64,000 nt of DNA from a virus. Below the pieces are notes generated by a model. The model worked only from the letters and a program-made list of their open reading frames with translations. It was not told the DNA's origin and made no database searches. This document shows, in pieces, positions 47,864-56,697 of this stretch. Position numbers and translations under genes: made by a program. Numbering within the stretch: position 1 is the stretch's first letter; each line of letters starts with the position of its first letter. The stretch is from IMG/VR virus record IMGVR_UViG_3300026484_000053, positions 1 to 64,000 of that record; one strand, 5' to 3'.

Positions 47864-49074
47864 TGAATATACTTTTAATGAAAATAGGTGGCAGAATTAA
47901 CACCGGTACTAGAAAACCTACTAATGGTAATGCTGGAGAGAATAAACTTATAGTAGAATTATTTTTAAAAGGTGGCCATAATGTGACGTTATGCACTAAA
48001 TACGTAAAAGGAGATGATCCTGAGACTTATTTCGGATCTAATAAAGTCTCTGCAGTTGATCTGGCATTAATTGATGACGTTAATAATATAGATATGAGTA
48101 AGTATGACAAGCTGGTAGTTATTAATGGAAGCAAGAATTTCTTTGGTGGACAAGATGGTGGAATATGCGCTACGTATAAAGTTCTTAACACATTTCCTAA
48201 AGAAGTAATATTCTTCTATACAGACCCTCTATTAACGCTTTCTCAAGTTTGGAATGATAAATTCGATGAAGCACGTAATCCAGGATGGGGTACAAAATGG
48301 ACTGAATCTGATCTTCTTATTACAAGAAAAGACATAACTCTCTTAGCAGCATCTAAAGGTACTGATCTTACAAAGAAACCATTCGTTGCTAAAGGAATAT
48401 TTACAGACTATAAAGAAATAATTGAATTTGAATGGCAAAAAGCTGTTATATTTGGTAATTCTGTACATGCTAATCCATCTGAAGAAAAGCAAATAGACTT
48501 AATTTATGGTGGATTTTACAGAGGTGGTGCAAGAAGATCGCAAATGATTGAATTTATGTTTGATACAGATTATAATGCTGCATTTTTTGGTAAAATTGAA
48601 GAACATGTATTTAAACTTACTAAAAAAGAGATTGCATCTATTAAAAAATATCCTTCGTTTAAAAAAGAGCTTGGAGACTGGGATTTCTGGAAGAAAGAAA
48701 CTAATAAAGCATACGCTACTATTGTATTTGCTGAAGATACATATTGCGACGCTATTGTTACTATGAGAGTTTATGCAGCAGCATTGAGTAATGTTATAGT
48801 TTTCATTGAAGACAAATATGATTCTAAACACACTATTTTTCCAAATGATACATTCAGAGGCTTTAATTACGTTAAAGATAAAGAAGATTTGTCTAGAAAG
48901 ATGAAGATAATTAAATCATTTACTACAGAGCAATATAATAAAATGTGTAAATCACAGATTAAACAACTTAGAAACGGTACTAAAGATTTATTTAAAGATT
49001 TTAATTCAGCTCTTGGATTAACATTTACAGAGCTTGAAGTTAAAGAATCTTCTGATGAGTTTAGCGACTGGTAA
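47863..49074 (+). CDS. bgt: T4 DNA beta-glucosyltransferase homolog (GT-B DNA glycosyltransferase)
   Basis: Collinear with T4 BGT as recalled: YDKLVVINGSKNFFGG, FYTDPLLTLSQVW, DLIYGGFYRGGARRSQMIEFMFDT...FFG, VTMRVY...IEDKYDSKH. TAATG overlap with fdtB. Confidence 0.85.
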   Translation: MNILLMKIGGRINTGTRKPTNGNAGENKLIVELFLKGGHNVTLCTKYVKGDDPETYFGSNKVSAVDLALIDDVNNIDMSKYDKLVVINGSKNFFGGQDGGICATYKVLNTFPKEVIFFYTDPLLTLSQVWNDKFDEARNPGWGTKWTESDLLITRKDITLLAASKGTDLTKKPFVAKGIFTDYKEIIEFEWQKAVIFGNSVHANPSEEKQIDLIYGGFYRGGARRSQMIEFMFDTDYNAAFFGKIEEHVFKLTKKEIASIKKYPSFKKELGDWDFWKKETNKAYATIVFAEDTYCDAIVTMRVYAAALSNVIVFIEDKYDSKHTIFPNDTFRGFNYVKDKEDLSRKMKIIKSFTTEQYNKMCKSQIKQLRNGTKDLFKDFNSALGLTFTELEVKESSDEFSDW

Positions 49075-49097
49075 TGTTTAAGGTGCTAAGGTGCTAA

Positions 49098-49146
49098 GGT
49101 GCTTACATGTGCTTTAATCCTGTTTTAATCTTCTTATGTTATAATA
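49098..49146 (+). repeat. 49-bp promoter cassette, 46/49 identical to 49937-49985
   Basis: Direct comparison; contains an early promoter. Confidence 0.85.
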
Positions 49147-49198
49147 GTAGTATAACATAATTAAAACTTACAAATAATTGTAAAATAAAGGACATAAA

Positions 49199-49837
49199 AT
49201 GGCTAAAAATAAAACTTTCGTAGAATTAGTGCTAGAACATAGCAGAGCGATGAAAGGAAATTGGGCAGAAAGTAATTACATGTTAATGCCAATAAGCGAA
49301 TTTGGAATGCAAAGAGAATACTCAAAAATAGGAAACTTAAAATTAGGCGGTTCTGTATATGAGCTTTTTGAAAGTAAGATAGTAGATAATAGTTATTTTT
49401 TAGGTACTTTTCAAACAAAATCCATTAAAACAAAATTGGGTGACGAAAAAGAAACTAAATTTGAAGTAATATTTGCTATTACTTTTACTAAATACGACCA
49501 TTACAAATCATATGGAGAAGTTTACAATGTGGACGGTGTAGCTGTTAAAGATTTTTCAAGAGGTATAGCTACTAAAATGTATGAGTACTTCGTTAAAGAG
49601 AAGAAATTTACTATAATAGGCGACGAAGAGCAGTATTTTGGAGCTCGTAAGCTATGGAGTAAGCTAAGTAAAAAGTTAGATCTTACAGTAGATTTATTCG
49701 ACATTAAAAACGACGAAATTATAGAAAAAAATGTAGTGCTGCATCATGGAAATTATGATGAAGATTTTGATAAAAGATTATGGAGTTATAAAAGAGATAA
49801 AATAAATGTTAGGAGTATTCTTAAAGAATTAAAATAA
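49199..49837 (+). CDS. GNAT-like protein
   Basis: VAVKDFSRGIATKMY...GARKLWSKL acetyl-CoA-binding-like motif. Confidence 0.45.
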   Translation: MAKNKTFVELVLEHSRAMKGNWAESNYMLMPISEFGMQREYSKIGNLKLGGSVYELFESKIVDNSYFLGTFQTKSIKTKLGDEKETKFEVIFAITFTKYDHYKSYGEVYNVDGVAVKDFSRGIATKMYEYFVKEKKFTIIGDEEQYFGARKLWSKLSKKLDLTVDLFDIKNDEIIEKNVVLHHGNYDEDFDKRLWSYKRDKINVRSILKELK

Positions 49838-49845
49838 GTTATGTA

Positions 49846-49948
49846 ACTTACATAACTTAATGGTGCTTACATAACTTAATGTGCTTACATAACTTAATGG
49901 TGCTTACATAACTTAATGGTGCTTACATAACTTAATGGTGCTTACATG
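49846..49948. repeat. 19-bp tandem repeat GCTTACATAACTTAATGGT, about 5.5 copies
   Basis: Read directly; no spacers. Confidence 0.9.
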
Positions 49949-50009
49949 CACTTTAATCCTATTTTAATCTTCTTATGTTATAATATACTAACAAAAATAA
50001 AGGTATATT

Positions 50010-50318
50010 ATGGCAAAATCATTAAAATCATTAAAAACTTACAACAAAGAATTAGACATAAACTTTGACCTTATCAAAGAATGTAACAAAGAAATTAGAA
50101 ATCTAAGATCTAAACTAAAAGCCGCGAATATCTCGTGCATCAATTCAAACGATCAAAACCAAAAATATAAAATAGAACTAAGCATTAACAATTATAATAC
50201 TAAGCTTAATTCTAATTTAGCTAAATTAGACACATTAGAAGATAATGTTATTACACTAGCTCTTCGTATAGAAAAGTTAGAAAATGCTGACTTTATGGAA
50301 GCCCAAGGAGAAATATAA
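50010..50318 (+). CDS. hypothetical coiled-coil protein
   Basis: Follows promoter and RBS. Confidence 0.6.
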   Translation: MAKSLKSLKTYNKELDINFDLIKECNKEIRNLRSKLKAANISCINSNDQNQKYKIELSINNYNTKLNSNLAKLDTLEDNVITLALRIEKLENADFMEAQGEI

Positions 50319-50735
50319 ATGAGAGAGATACAAATACATGGTAAAGCGCAAGACTTTGCCAATTCAAATAATGCTATTCAAGCAGCGCAAGAAAACGCCA
50401 GATACCTGCTTACGAGCAAATTAGAAGAGAATGAAGTTGTTATCGAACGTAGTGACGAAACCCATTCTGAAGGTGACGGAAAATATGGTACATGTAAAGC
50501 TAGCTTTCTTGTAGGCACTATGGATGAAAAAATAAAATATTATAAAATGGTAACAGAAATACAGTTGGAAGAAGCTAAAAGAATGGATTTTAAACAAAGT
50601 CTTAAATTAGACAATCCTACAGACGCTTTGTTCTTAAAGCTAACTGAAAAACATGGTATAGATAAAATGAAGAATTTGCTTAAAGATTACAGAGATACGT
50701 TTAAGCAAAACACGCTAATACAGAGGGAGTTATAA
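50319..50735 (+). CDS. hypothetical protein
   Basis: AAGGAG RBS. Confidence 0.6.
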   Translation: MREIQIHGKAQDFANSNNAIQAAQENARYLLTSKLEENEVVIERSDETHSEGDGKYGTCKASFLVGTMDEKIKYYKMVTEIQLEEAKRMDFKQSLKLDNPTDALFLKLTEKHGIDKMKNLLKDYRDTFKQNTLIQREL

Positions 50736-51241
50736 TGAACGAAAATATTATAAGAATAGCCAAACTTGTACTTATTATATACGTACTTACTATTGGTGCA
50801 GCAATATGCCATGCTGGAGTAAGCTCTGGACTATTAGCTAATGAGCTAATAAAGCAGCATGAAGGATTTGTCTCAAAACCTTATATAGACGTTAACCATT
50901 TCAGTGTTGGATATGGAACTAACTTAATGGATGGTATTAGCAGAGCAGAAGCACAGTTACTGCTTACGCACAGGTTGGCTATTAGAGAAGAACAGCTAAA
51001 AAGGTATTCTTGGTATAAAAAAGCTAATAACACAAGAAAAGCTGTACTGTTAGACATGGCATATAACCTTGGATTAGGAGGCATACTTGGATTTAAATCT
51101 ATGATATGGGCCCTTGATAGAGGATATTACCATGGCGCTGCAAATCAACTTAAAAGTTCAGTTTGGTGTAAGCAAGTTAAAACTAGATGTACTCACTTAT
51201 ACAAACTTATGTGGAATGGGCGTATTAGTTCAAAACTTTAA
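50735..51241 (+). CDS. GH24 phage lysozyme with N-terminal hydrophobic segment (SAR or signal type)
   Basis: IKQHEGFVSKPYID...SVGYG, RKAVLLDMAYNLG, SVWCKQVKTRC. Confidence 0.85.
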   Translation: MNENIIRIAKLVLIIYVLTIGAAICHAGVSSGLLANELIKQHEGFVSKPYIDVNHFSVGYGTNLMDGISRAEAQLLLTHRLAIREEQLKRYSWYKKANNTRKAVLLDMAYNLGLGGILGFKSMIWALDRGYYHGAANQLKSSVWCKQVKTRCTHLYKLMWNGRISSKL

Positions 51242-51269
51242 TATTCATTTAATCTCTTTATGTTATAAT
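51237..51269 (+). promoter_or_regulatory. early promoter
   Basis: TTTAA-N6-TTTAA...ATGTTATAAT. Confidence 0.7.
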
Positions 51270-51353
51270 TATATATGATAAACACTTAAACACTTAAACG
51301 CTTAAACGACTAAGTGCTATAAAATTTATTAAAATTAACATAAACGAGACAAA

Positions 51354-51605
51354 ATGACAAACACATCGAACACAACAAGAAACTTCCAAACAATAACAGA
51401 TAGAATTATAGATAAACTAGCTATTCCATTTATAACAATAGGATTCATTACATTGATTTTTACTGCACTTTATTTCACACAAGAACCTATAACAGTTCAA
51501 GTTATTGACGGAGTAGAATATGTGGTAGAAACTAGTCAAGGCGAAGTATTTAGAGAATTAACAGAAATGGATGCAAGAGAATGCAGAATAACATACGTAA
51601 AGTAA
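51354..51605 (+). CDS. single-TM hypothetical protein
   Basis: One hydrophobic helix. Confidence 0.55.
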   Translation: MTNTSNTTRNFQTITDRIIDKLAIPFITIGFITLIFTALYFTQEPITVQVIDGVEYVVETSQGEVFRELTEMDARECRITYVK

Positions 51606-51678
51606 ACAACATACGTAAAGTAAACCACATACGTAAAGTAAACCACATACGTAAAGTAAACCACATACGTAAAGTAAA
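51591..51678. repeat. 18-bp tandem repeat ACATACGTAAAGTAAACC x5 duplicating the upstream stop-codon region
   Basis: Period 18 from 51591. Confidence 0.9.
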
Positions 51679-51686
51679 GGATTAAG

Positions 51687-52280
51687 ATGAAGATAAAATA
51701 TAAAGGCGACAACTATTGTTTGTCGCAATGCGCAAAGACAAAAATAGAACAGTTTATTGTTAAGCCCAGTATTGTAGTTGGAACGGGATTGTTAATAGTC
51801 ATAGCATTAACACTATTTGGAATCATAATGGGAGAATTTGTATACGTTATAGAAGTGAATCCGTTAACTAATGGTGTCGTTTATTTTACAACCTTAGCGT
51901 TAGTATTAACTGGAATAAGCGCGTTATATGTATCTATTGCAGAAATTGGCATAGTTAACATGCTTAATGATACAGTTAGATTTATATCGCTATTTTTAAG
52001 AAAATTAATTATTATAACTCCTGTAGTGTTTATCTTTGTAACTATCTTAGGAATTATTACAGGTGAGTTCTTCACTATATTCCATTACAATCCGTTTTTA
52101 AATGGAACAGTAGCTATTATGGCAATTACGTTTTTTACAGCTATGATTTTCTTAGTAGGAATGTCATTTAAAATGCTATGGCAAATGGCAAAATACACTA
52201 ACAAGTATATAGATAAATGGATAGACACTAAATACGAACGCAAAAGAACTTGTACTTTGTTAGAAAAGTGCGACGCTTAA
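51687..52280 (+). CDS. four-TM membrane protein with internal duplication
   Basis: IIMGEF..IEVNPLTNG and IITGEF..FHYNPFLNG halves. Confidence 0.6.
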   Translation: MKIKYKGDNYCLSQCAKTKIEQFIVKPSIVVGTGLLIVIALTLFGIIMGEFVYVIEVNPLTNGVVYFTTLALVLTGISALYVSIAEIGIVNMLNDTVRFISLFLRKLIIITPVVFIFVTILGIITGEFFTIFHYNPFLNGTVAIMAITFFTAMIFLVGMSFKMLWQMAKYTNKYIDKWIDTKYERKRTCTLLEKCDA

Positions 52281-52330
52281 TAACAAACATTCAAAACAAA
52301 ATAAACGAAATAAACGAAATAAAGGAAATT

Positions 52331-52474
52331 ATGATGAAAATATTAGTGCTATCTGACATACATGGTTGTTATAAAACAATGATGAAAATGTTAGAAGGAG
52401 TAGACTTAAAGGAAACAAGAGTAATTTGGCCAAGTCTAGACATTAAACAAGTTAAAAATCAAGAAAGGATTTAG
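52331..52474 (+). pseudogene. truncated calcineurin-like phosphatase fragment
   Basis: MKILVLSDIHGCYKT.. diverges just before the expected GDxxDRG motif. Confidence 0.6.
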
Positions 52475-52696
52475 ATGCACATGCTAGTAAACGGAATCCA
52501 AATACAATTAGGACAACCTATACAGTTTCCTATTAAAGTATTAGTATTAAACTACCAAAGAGGCACAGTTATACAAGCTGGCCAATTACCGCAGATAAAA
52601 GCATATATGAATAGCTTAGTAGACAAGATGAATGACGACGCATATGCTATTATTAACGGTGTAATTATACAGAAGAAAGACATTACAAAGTTTTAG
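52475..52696 (+). CDS. hypothetical protein
   Basis: AAAGGA RBS. Confidence 0.55.
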   Translation: MHMLVNGIQIQLGQPIQFPIKVLVLNYQRGTVIQAGQLPQIKAYMNSLVDKMNDDAYAIINGVIIQKKDITKF

Positions 52697-52724
52697 AAAT
52701 TCTAAGAACATATTAGTCGATTAA

Positions 52725-52748
52725 TTAGCACTTTATTTCAAGTGCTAA
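52725..52748 (+). terminator. hairpin TTAGCACTT-N6-AAGTGCTAA
   Basis: 9-bp stem in an intergenic gap. Confidence 0.4.
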
Positions 52749-52807
52749 AGTAAGTACGAACTAGATACAATACAATACAACCAAATTAAAGGAAACAAAG
52801 GAAAATT

Positions 52808-53455
52808 ATGATACTATTACCACAAATTATTGAAGATTCAGGAAGAGGAAAGAGAGCGTATGACTTACCAAGTAAGTTATTCGAAAGCAACATTATAGTT
52901 ATTGAAGGTGAAATTTCAGAAGAATCTATGCAAGCAGCTAAGATGCAACTATTGTATTTAGATAAAAAGCCACAATGTACAGAGATTGAAATTTACATTT
53001 CATCAGGTGGAGGATCAGTGTATGCTGGTAATGGTTTAATAGACCTTATACAGTTAATAGATACTCCAGTTAATACTACTTGTACTGGTATGATAGCATC
53101 TATGGGTACTCAAATATTTGCATCTGGTACTGGAACTAGAAGATTAATGCCTAGAAGTAGAGTTATGATTCACAGTGTAGGTTCAGGAGCAAGTGGTAAA
53201 TACCAAGACTTACTAATAGAAATGAAAGAAACTGAGTACTTACAAAAGCAGCTTATGCGTGATTTATCTTCGTTTACTAAAGGTAAGACTACTTATGCTA
53301 AAATGTGCAAGTTAACAGATAGAGATAATTGGCTTAATTCAGAAGAAGCTATTGAAATAGGTATTGCTGATGAAATTTTAGAAACGAGAGATCAAAGAAA
53401 AGAAAACGCAGCAATTAGAGCAAACGCAGCAAACGCAGCTAAGGGTGATAAATAA
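52808..53455 (+). CDS. clpP: ClpP protease proteolytic subunit
   Basis: QLLYLD, YISSGGGSV, GMIASMG (Ser), VMIHS (His), RDNWL (Asp). Confidence 0.93.
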   Translation: MILLPQIIEDSGRGKRAYDLPSKLFESNIIVIEGEISEESMQAAKMQLLYLDKKPQCTEIEIYISSGGGSVYAGNGLIDLIQLIDTPVNTTCTGMIASMGTQIFASGTGTRRLMPRSRVMIHSVGSGASGKYQDLLIEMKETEYLQKQLMRDLSSFTKGKTTYAKMCKLTDRDNWLNSEEAIEIGIADEILETRDQRKENAAIRANAANAAKGDK

Positions 53456-53482
53456 ATCTCCCACTAAATATAAAGGATAAAG

Positions 53483-53851
53483 ATGTTCTATAAAAACATA
53501 CAAACTAACGAAGTATACGAAATGGTATACTCAGATAAAGATGTTACAATCGTAATTGACCAAGCACAATCATTAGAAGCTAAAGTTGCTAAAGGTAAGA
53601 TTATCAAGGAAGGTAAGAGAGTATTTAAAAAGTCTCATAAAAAGTTAAAAGATGATTCTAAGCTAATTCTAATAGATTCGTCAGACAAAGGTGTTAAAGA
53701 TCAAATTATTAAACAATATAAAGAAAATAAAGCACTTATTGCTAAAAACAAGTTAATCCAAGAAAACGAGCAAAAAGAAAGAGAAGAATATTTTAAGAAT
53801 TTATCACCGCAAGAACACGAAGAGATGCTAGCTGCTCTAGCAGATGATTAG
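53483..53851 (+). CDS. hypothetical protein
   Basis: AAAGGA RBS. Confidence 0.6.
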   Translation: MFYKNIQTNEVYEMVYSDKDVTIVIDQAQSLEAKVAKGKIIKEGKRVFKKSHKKLKDDSKLILIDSSDKGVKDQIIKQYKENKALIAKNKLIQENEQKEREEYFKNLSPQEHEEMLAALADD

Positions 53852-53859
53852 GATATAAC

Positions 53860-55044
53860 ATGAGTACAACGTGTAATACACCAGTAAGTCTTTACAACTC
53901 TAACAGAATAGATTTTTCTAGCGAGAAGTTGTTTTTTGGAAGTGGTAAGAATAGCCAGCGCTTCGATGTTCTAAAATATCCAGTGCTAGATAAGAGTAAT
54001 GATAAACAGCAAGGTTTTGATTGGAAACATGACGAAATACCTCTTATTAAAGATTCTAAAGATCATAAAACAAGAGCTGTTTCTGCGCAAAAATTTGTTG
54101 TTAAACGTACTTTTCAGAAACTAATATTTTTAGACTCAGTTCAAGGTAGAGGTCCAGTATCTATATTTGGTCAAATCGCTACGTTACCTGAATTAGAAAA
54201 CGTTATTCTTACGTGGACTTATTTTGAAGGTGCTAAGCATTCAAGAACGTATACAGAAATACTTAGAGCTCTTTATAGCGAACCAGACGTAGTTTTTGAC
54301 GAAGCGTTTGAAGTACAAGAATTGCAAGAAGTAGCTAATAAAATTAGTTCAGTATACGAAAAATCGTACCAGTCAGTAATAGAATACATTTATAAGACTC
54401 AAAGAGGAATCGAGTTCACTGATGAAGACTTGCATGAACTAAAGAAAGACATTCTTAGGTGTCTGTTTGAAATTAATGCTCTTGAAGGTGTTAGATTCTA
54501 TAGCTCTTTTGCTGCTATATGGGCAATGCATAAAAGTCAAGATTTATATCCTGGTTGTTCAGAAGATCTGCAATTTATTGCTAGAGATGAAAATGAGCAT
54601 CTTGCTCTTACTCAGAATCTACTTAAATTTCTTAGAAAGAACGAAGACGAAGAGTTTATAGAAGCTTATGAAGAAATTAAAGACGAACTAGAAGCTAGAT
54701 ATTATGAAATTTACTTTGAAGAAGTAGATTGGATTAAGTTCTTATTTAGTGAAGGTTCATATATTGGTATGAACGAAGACATTCTTACTAACTATCTTAA
54801 CTACATTACTATAAGAAGAATGAAATCATTAGGTATCAATCCGACTAAAGAGAGACTAGGAGGTAAATATATTACTAAGAACCCTTTACCTTGGATTGAA
54901 ACTTACATTAACATGGATAAAGAAGAGAAGTTACCGCAGGAAGAAAAGATACTAAACTACGTTACAGGTGGAGTAGAACAAGATGATGATATTTGTGATA
55001 GCACGAAAGACATGTTAAATAAAATGTACGGCAAAACGGCATAA
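53860..55044 (+). CDS. nrdB: class Ia ribonucleotide reductase beta subunit
   Basis: FLDSVQGRGP, EAKHSRTY (radical Tyr), LEGVRFYSSF, IARDENEH. Confidence 0.93.
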   Translation: MSTTCNTPVSLYNSNRIDFSSEKLFFGSGKNSQRFDVLKYPVLDKSNDKQQGFDWKHDEIPLIKDSKDHKTRAVSAQKFVVKRTFQKLIFLDSVQGRGPVSIFGQIATLPELENVILTWTYFEGAKHSRTYTEILRALYSEPDVVFDEAFEVQELQEVANKISSVYEKSYQSVIEYIYKTQRGIEFTDEDLHELKKDILRCLFEINALEGVRFYSSFAAIWAMHKSQDLYPGCSEDLQFIARDENEHLALTQNLLKFLRKNEDEEFIEAYEEIKDELEARYYEIYFEEVDWIKFLFSEGSYIGMNEDILTNYLNYITIRRMKSLGINPTKERLGGKYITKNPLPWIETYINMDKEEKLPQEEKILNYVTGGVEQDDDICDSTKDMLNKMYGKTA

Positions 55045-55056
55045 GAGAGGATTAAA

Positions 55057-56697
55057 ATGGCAAAAACGGCAAAAACGGGAAATAACAAAGTTATGAAGAA
55101 AATAAGAAAAGACAATGGAACTACGCAGGATTACAATCCACAAAAATTCCATGAGAAAGTATTCTTTGCACTAGAAGGCTTAAACACTCTGAGTGCATCA
55201 GAAATAGAAATGCAGGCAGCACCTATGATTGTTGATGGTAGTACAAGTAAAGACATCCAAAAAGCACTTGTAGAGGCTACAGCTGATATGATTAGTGAGG
55301 ATTTACCTGAAGCTGAAATAGCAGCAGCGAGATTGTTAAATCAAAGCATTAGAAAAGAAGTATACGGTAAATACGAAGTGCCTACTTTACTTGAAACAGT
55401 TAAGAAAAATATATCTGAAAAAATATACGACGGTAAGTACCTGTTCGATCACTACACAGAAGCAGAAGTACAGAAATTCGGTGAGTACATAAAATACGAC
55501 AGAGACGATAAATTCGTTTATTCTGGACTTAAGAAAACTAAAGATAGTTACTTAGTTAAGAAATATGGTAAACTTCATGAAACTCCTCAAGAAATGTTTA
55601 TGATGATTAACATGTTCGCATTTGCTAAGTATGAAGGTAAAGAGAGAGAGAAATGGGTAAAAGAAGGTTATAATATCTTAAGTAACTTTGAAGCTAGCTT
55701 ACCTACTCCAATTATGATTCAACTTAGAACAATGTTTAGAAGATTCGTGTCATGTAACTTAATACCTTATGGTGATTCTAAAGAAACAATCGCTAACTCA
55801 GCTAAATCTATGCTTACGTTAGTAGCAGGCGGCGCAGGTTTAGGAATTGGTACTGGAGATATTAGAGGACTTGACGCAGATATTGATAATGGTAGAATCA
55901 AGCATACTGGTTTACAACCTATACTTAAAGCTGCTGAGAAGTCAAGTAAAGCATTTGTACAACCAGATAGAGATGGAAGCTGCACAGCGTACTATCCATT
56001 TTATCATGTAGAAATAGAACATATTATGGTTATGGGTAATAATAAAGGTACTGAAGATACTAGAGTTAGAGATATCGACCATGCTATTATTTTTAATGAC
56101 TTATTCTTTGAAAGATATGCTAAAGACGAAGACATTACGCTATTCTTTATGAATGACGTAAAAGATTTGCAAAGTTACAACGGTTACTCAAAAGAATTTA
56201 AAGAGAAATACGAACATTACGAAAGAACTGTACCTAAAAGAAAACAAAAGAAAGTATCAGCTAAAAAGATATTTAATAGATTCTTAGATGAGCAATTTTT
56301 ACAAAGTAGAGAATATTGTTTATTTGCTGACGAATTCCAGAGCCATAGTAGTTTTGATATTCCACTTAAAATCTCAAATCTTTGCGTAAAAGGAGACACG
56401 AGTATTAATATTAAATATAACGACACTTATAGCGTTATTCGAATAGATGAACTACAAAGCTATTTAAATAAATTTGATGTGCAAGTTTTAAGTAGAAATA
56501 TTGATACTGCAGTGAATGAGTATAAAATTATTGAAGACTTCGCTATGACAAACCCTTGCGCTGAATTACTAAAAATAACAGATGAAAATAGTGGTAATTA
56601 CATAGAATGTACGTTAGAACATAAAGTATGGACTGAAAACAGAGGATACGTTGAAGCCCAACATTTAGTTCATGATGATGTTTTAAATATACTATAG
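55057..56697 (+). CDS. nrdA: NrdA N-terminal part (residues 1-442) fused to the N-half of a split intein
   Basis: ATP cone, LPTPIM, SCNL, GAGLGI, then ISNL|CVKGDT...CTLEHKVWTENRGYVEA..L..DDVL. Confidence 0.92.
   Translation: MAKTAKTGNNKVMKKIRKDNGTTQDYNPQKFHEKVFFALEGLNTLSASEIEMQAAPMIVDGSTSKDIQKALVEATADMISEDLPEAEIAAARLLNQSIRKEVYGKYEVPTLLETVKKNISEKIYDGKYLFDHYTEAEVQKFGEYIKYDRDDKFVYSGLKKTKDSYLVKKYGKLHETPQEMFMMINMFAFAKYEGKEREKWVKEGYNILSNFEASLPTPIMIQLRTMFRRFVSCNLIPYGDSKETIANSAKSMLTLVAGGAGLGIGTGDIRGLDADIDNGRIKHTGLQPILKAAEKSSKAFVQPDRDGSCTAYYPFYHVEIEHIMVMGNNKGTEDTRVRDIDHAIIFNDLFFERYAKDEDITLFFMNDVKDLQSYNGYSKEFKEKYEHYERTVPKRKQKKVSAKKIFNRFLDEQFLQSREYCLFADEFQSHSSFDIPLKISNLCVKGDTSINIKYNDTYSVIRIDELQSYLNKFDVQVLSRNIDTAVNEYKIIEDFAMTNPCAELLKITDENSGNYIECTLEHKVWTENRGYVEAQHLVHDDVLNIL
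56383..56694 (+). mobile_element. split intein N-half (104 aa)
   Basis: Block A CVKGDT, block B CTLEH, ends at a stop codon. Confidence 0.9.

Noticed and set aside
49846-49948. CRISPR array
   Set aside because: The 19-bp units are head-to-tail with no unique spacers; the same holds for 51591-51678.
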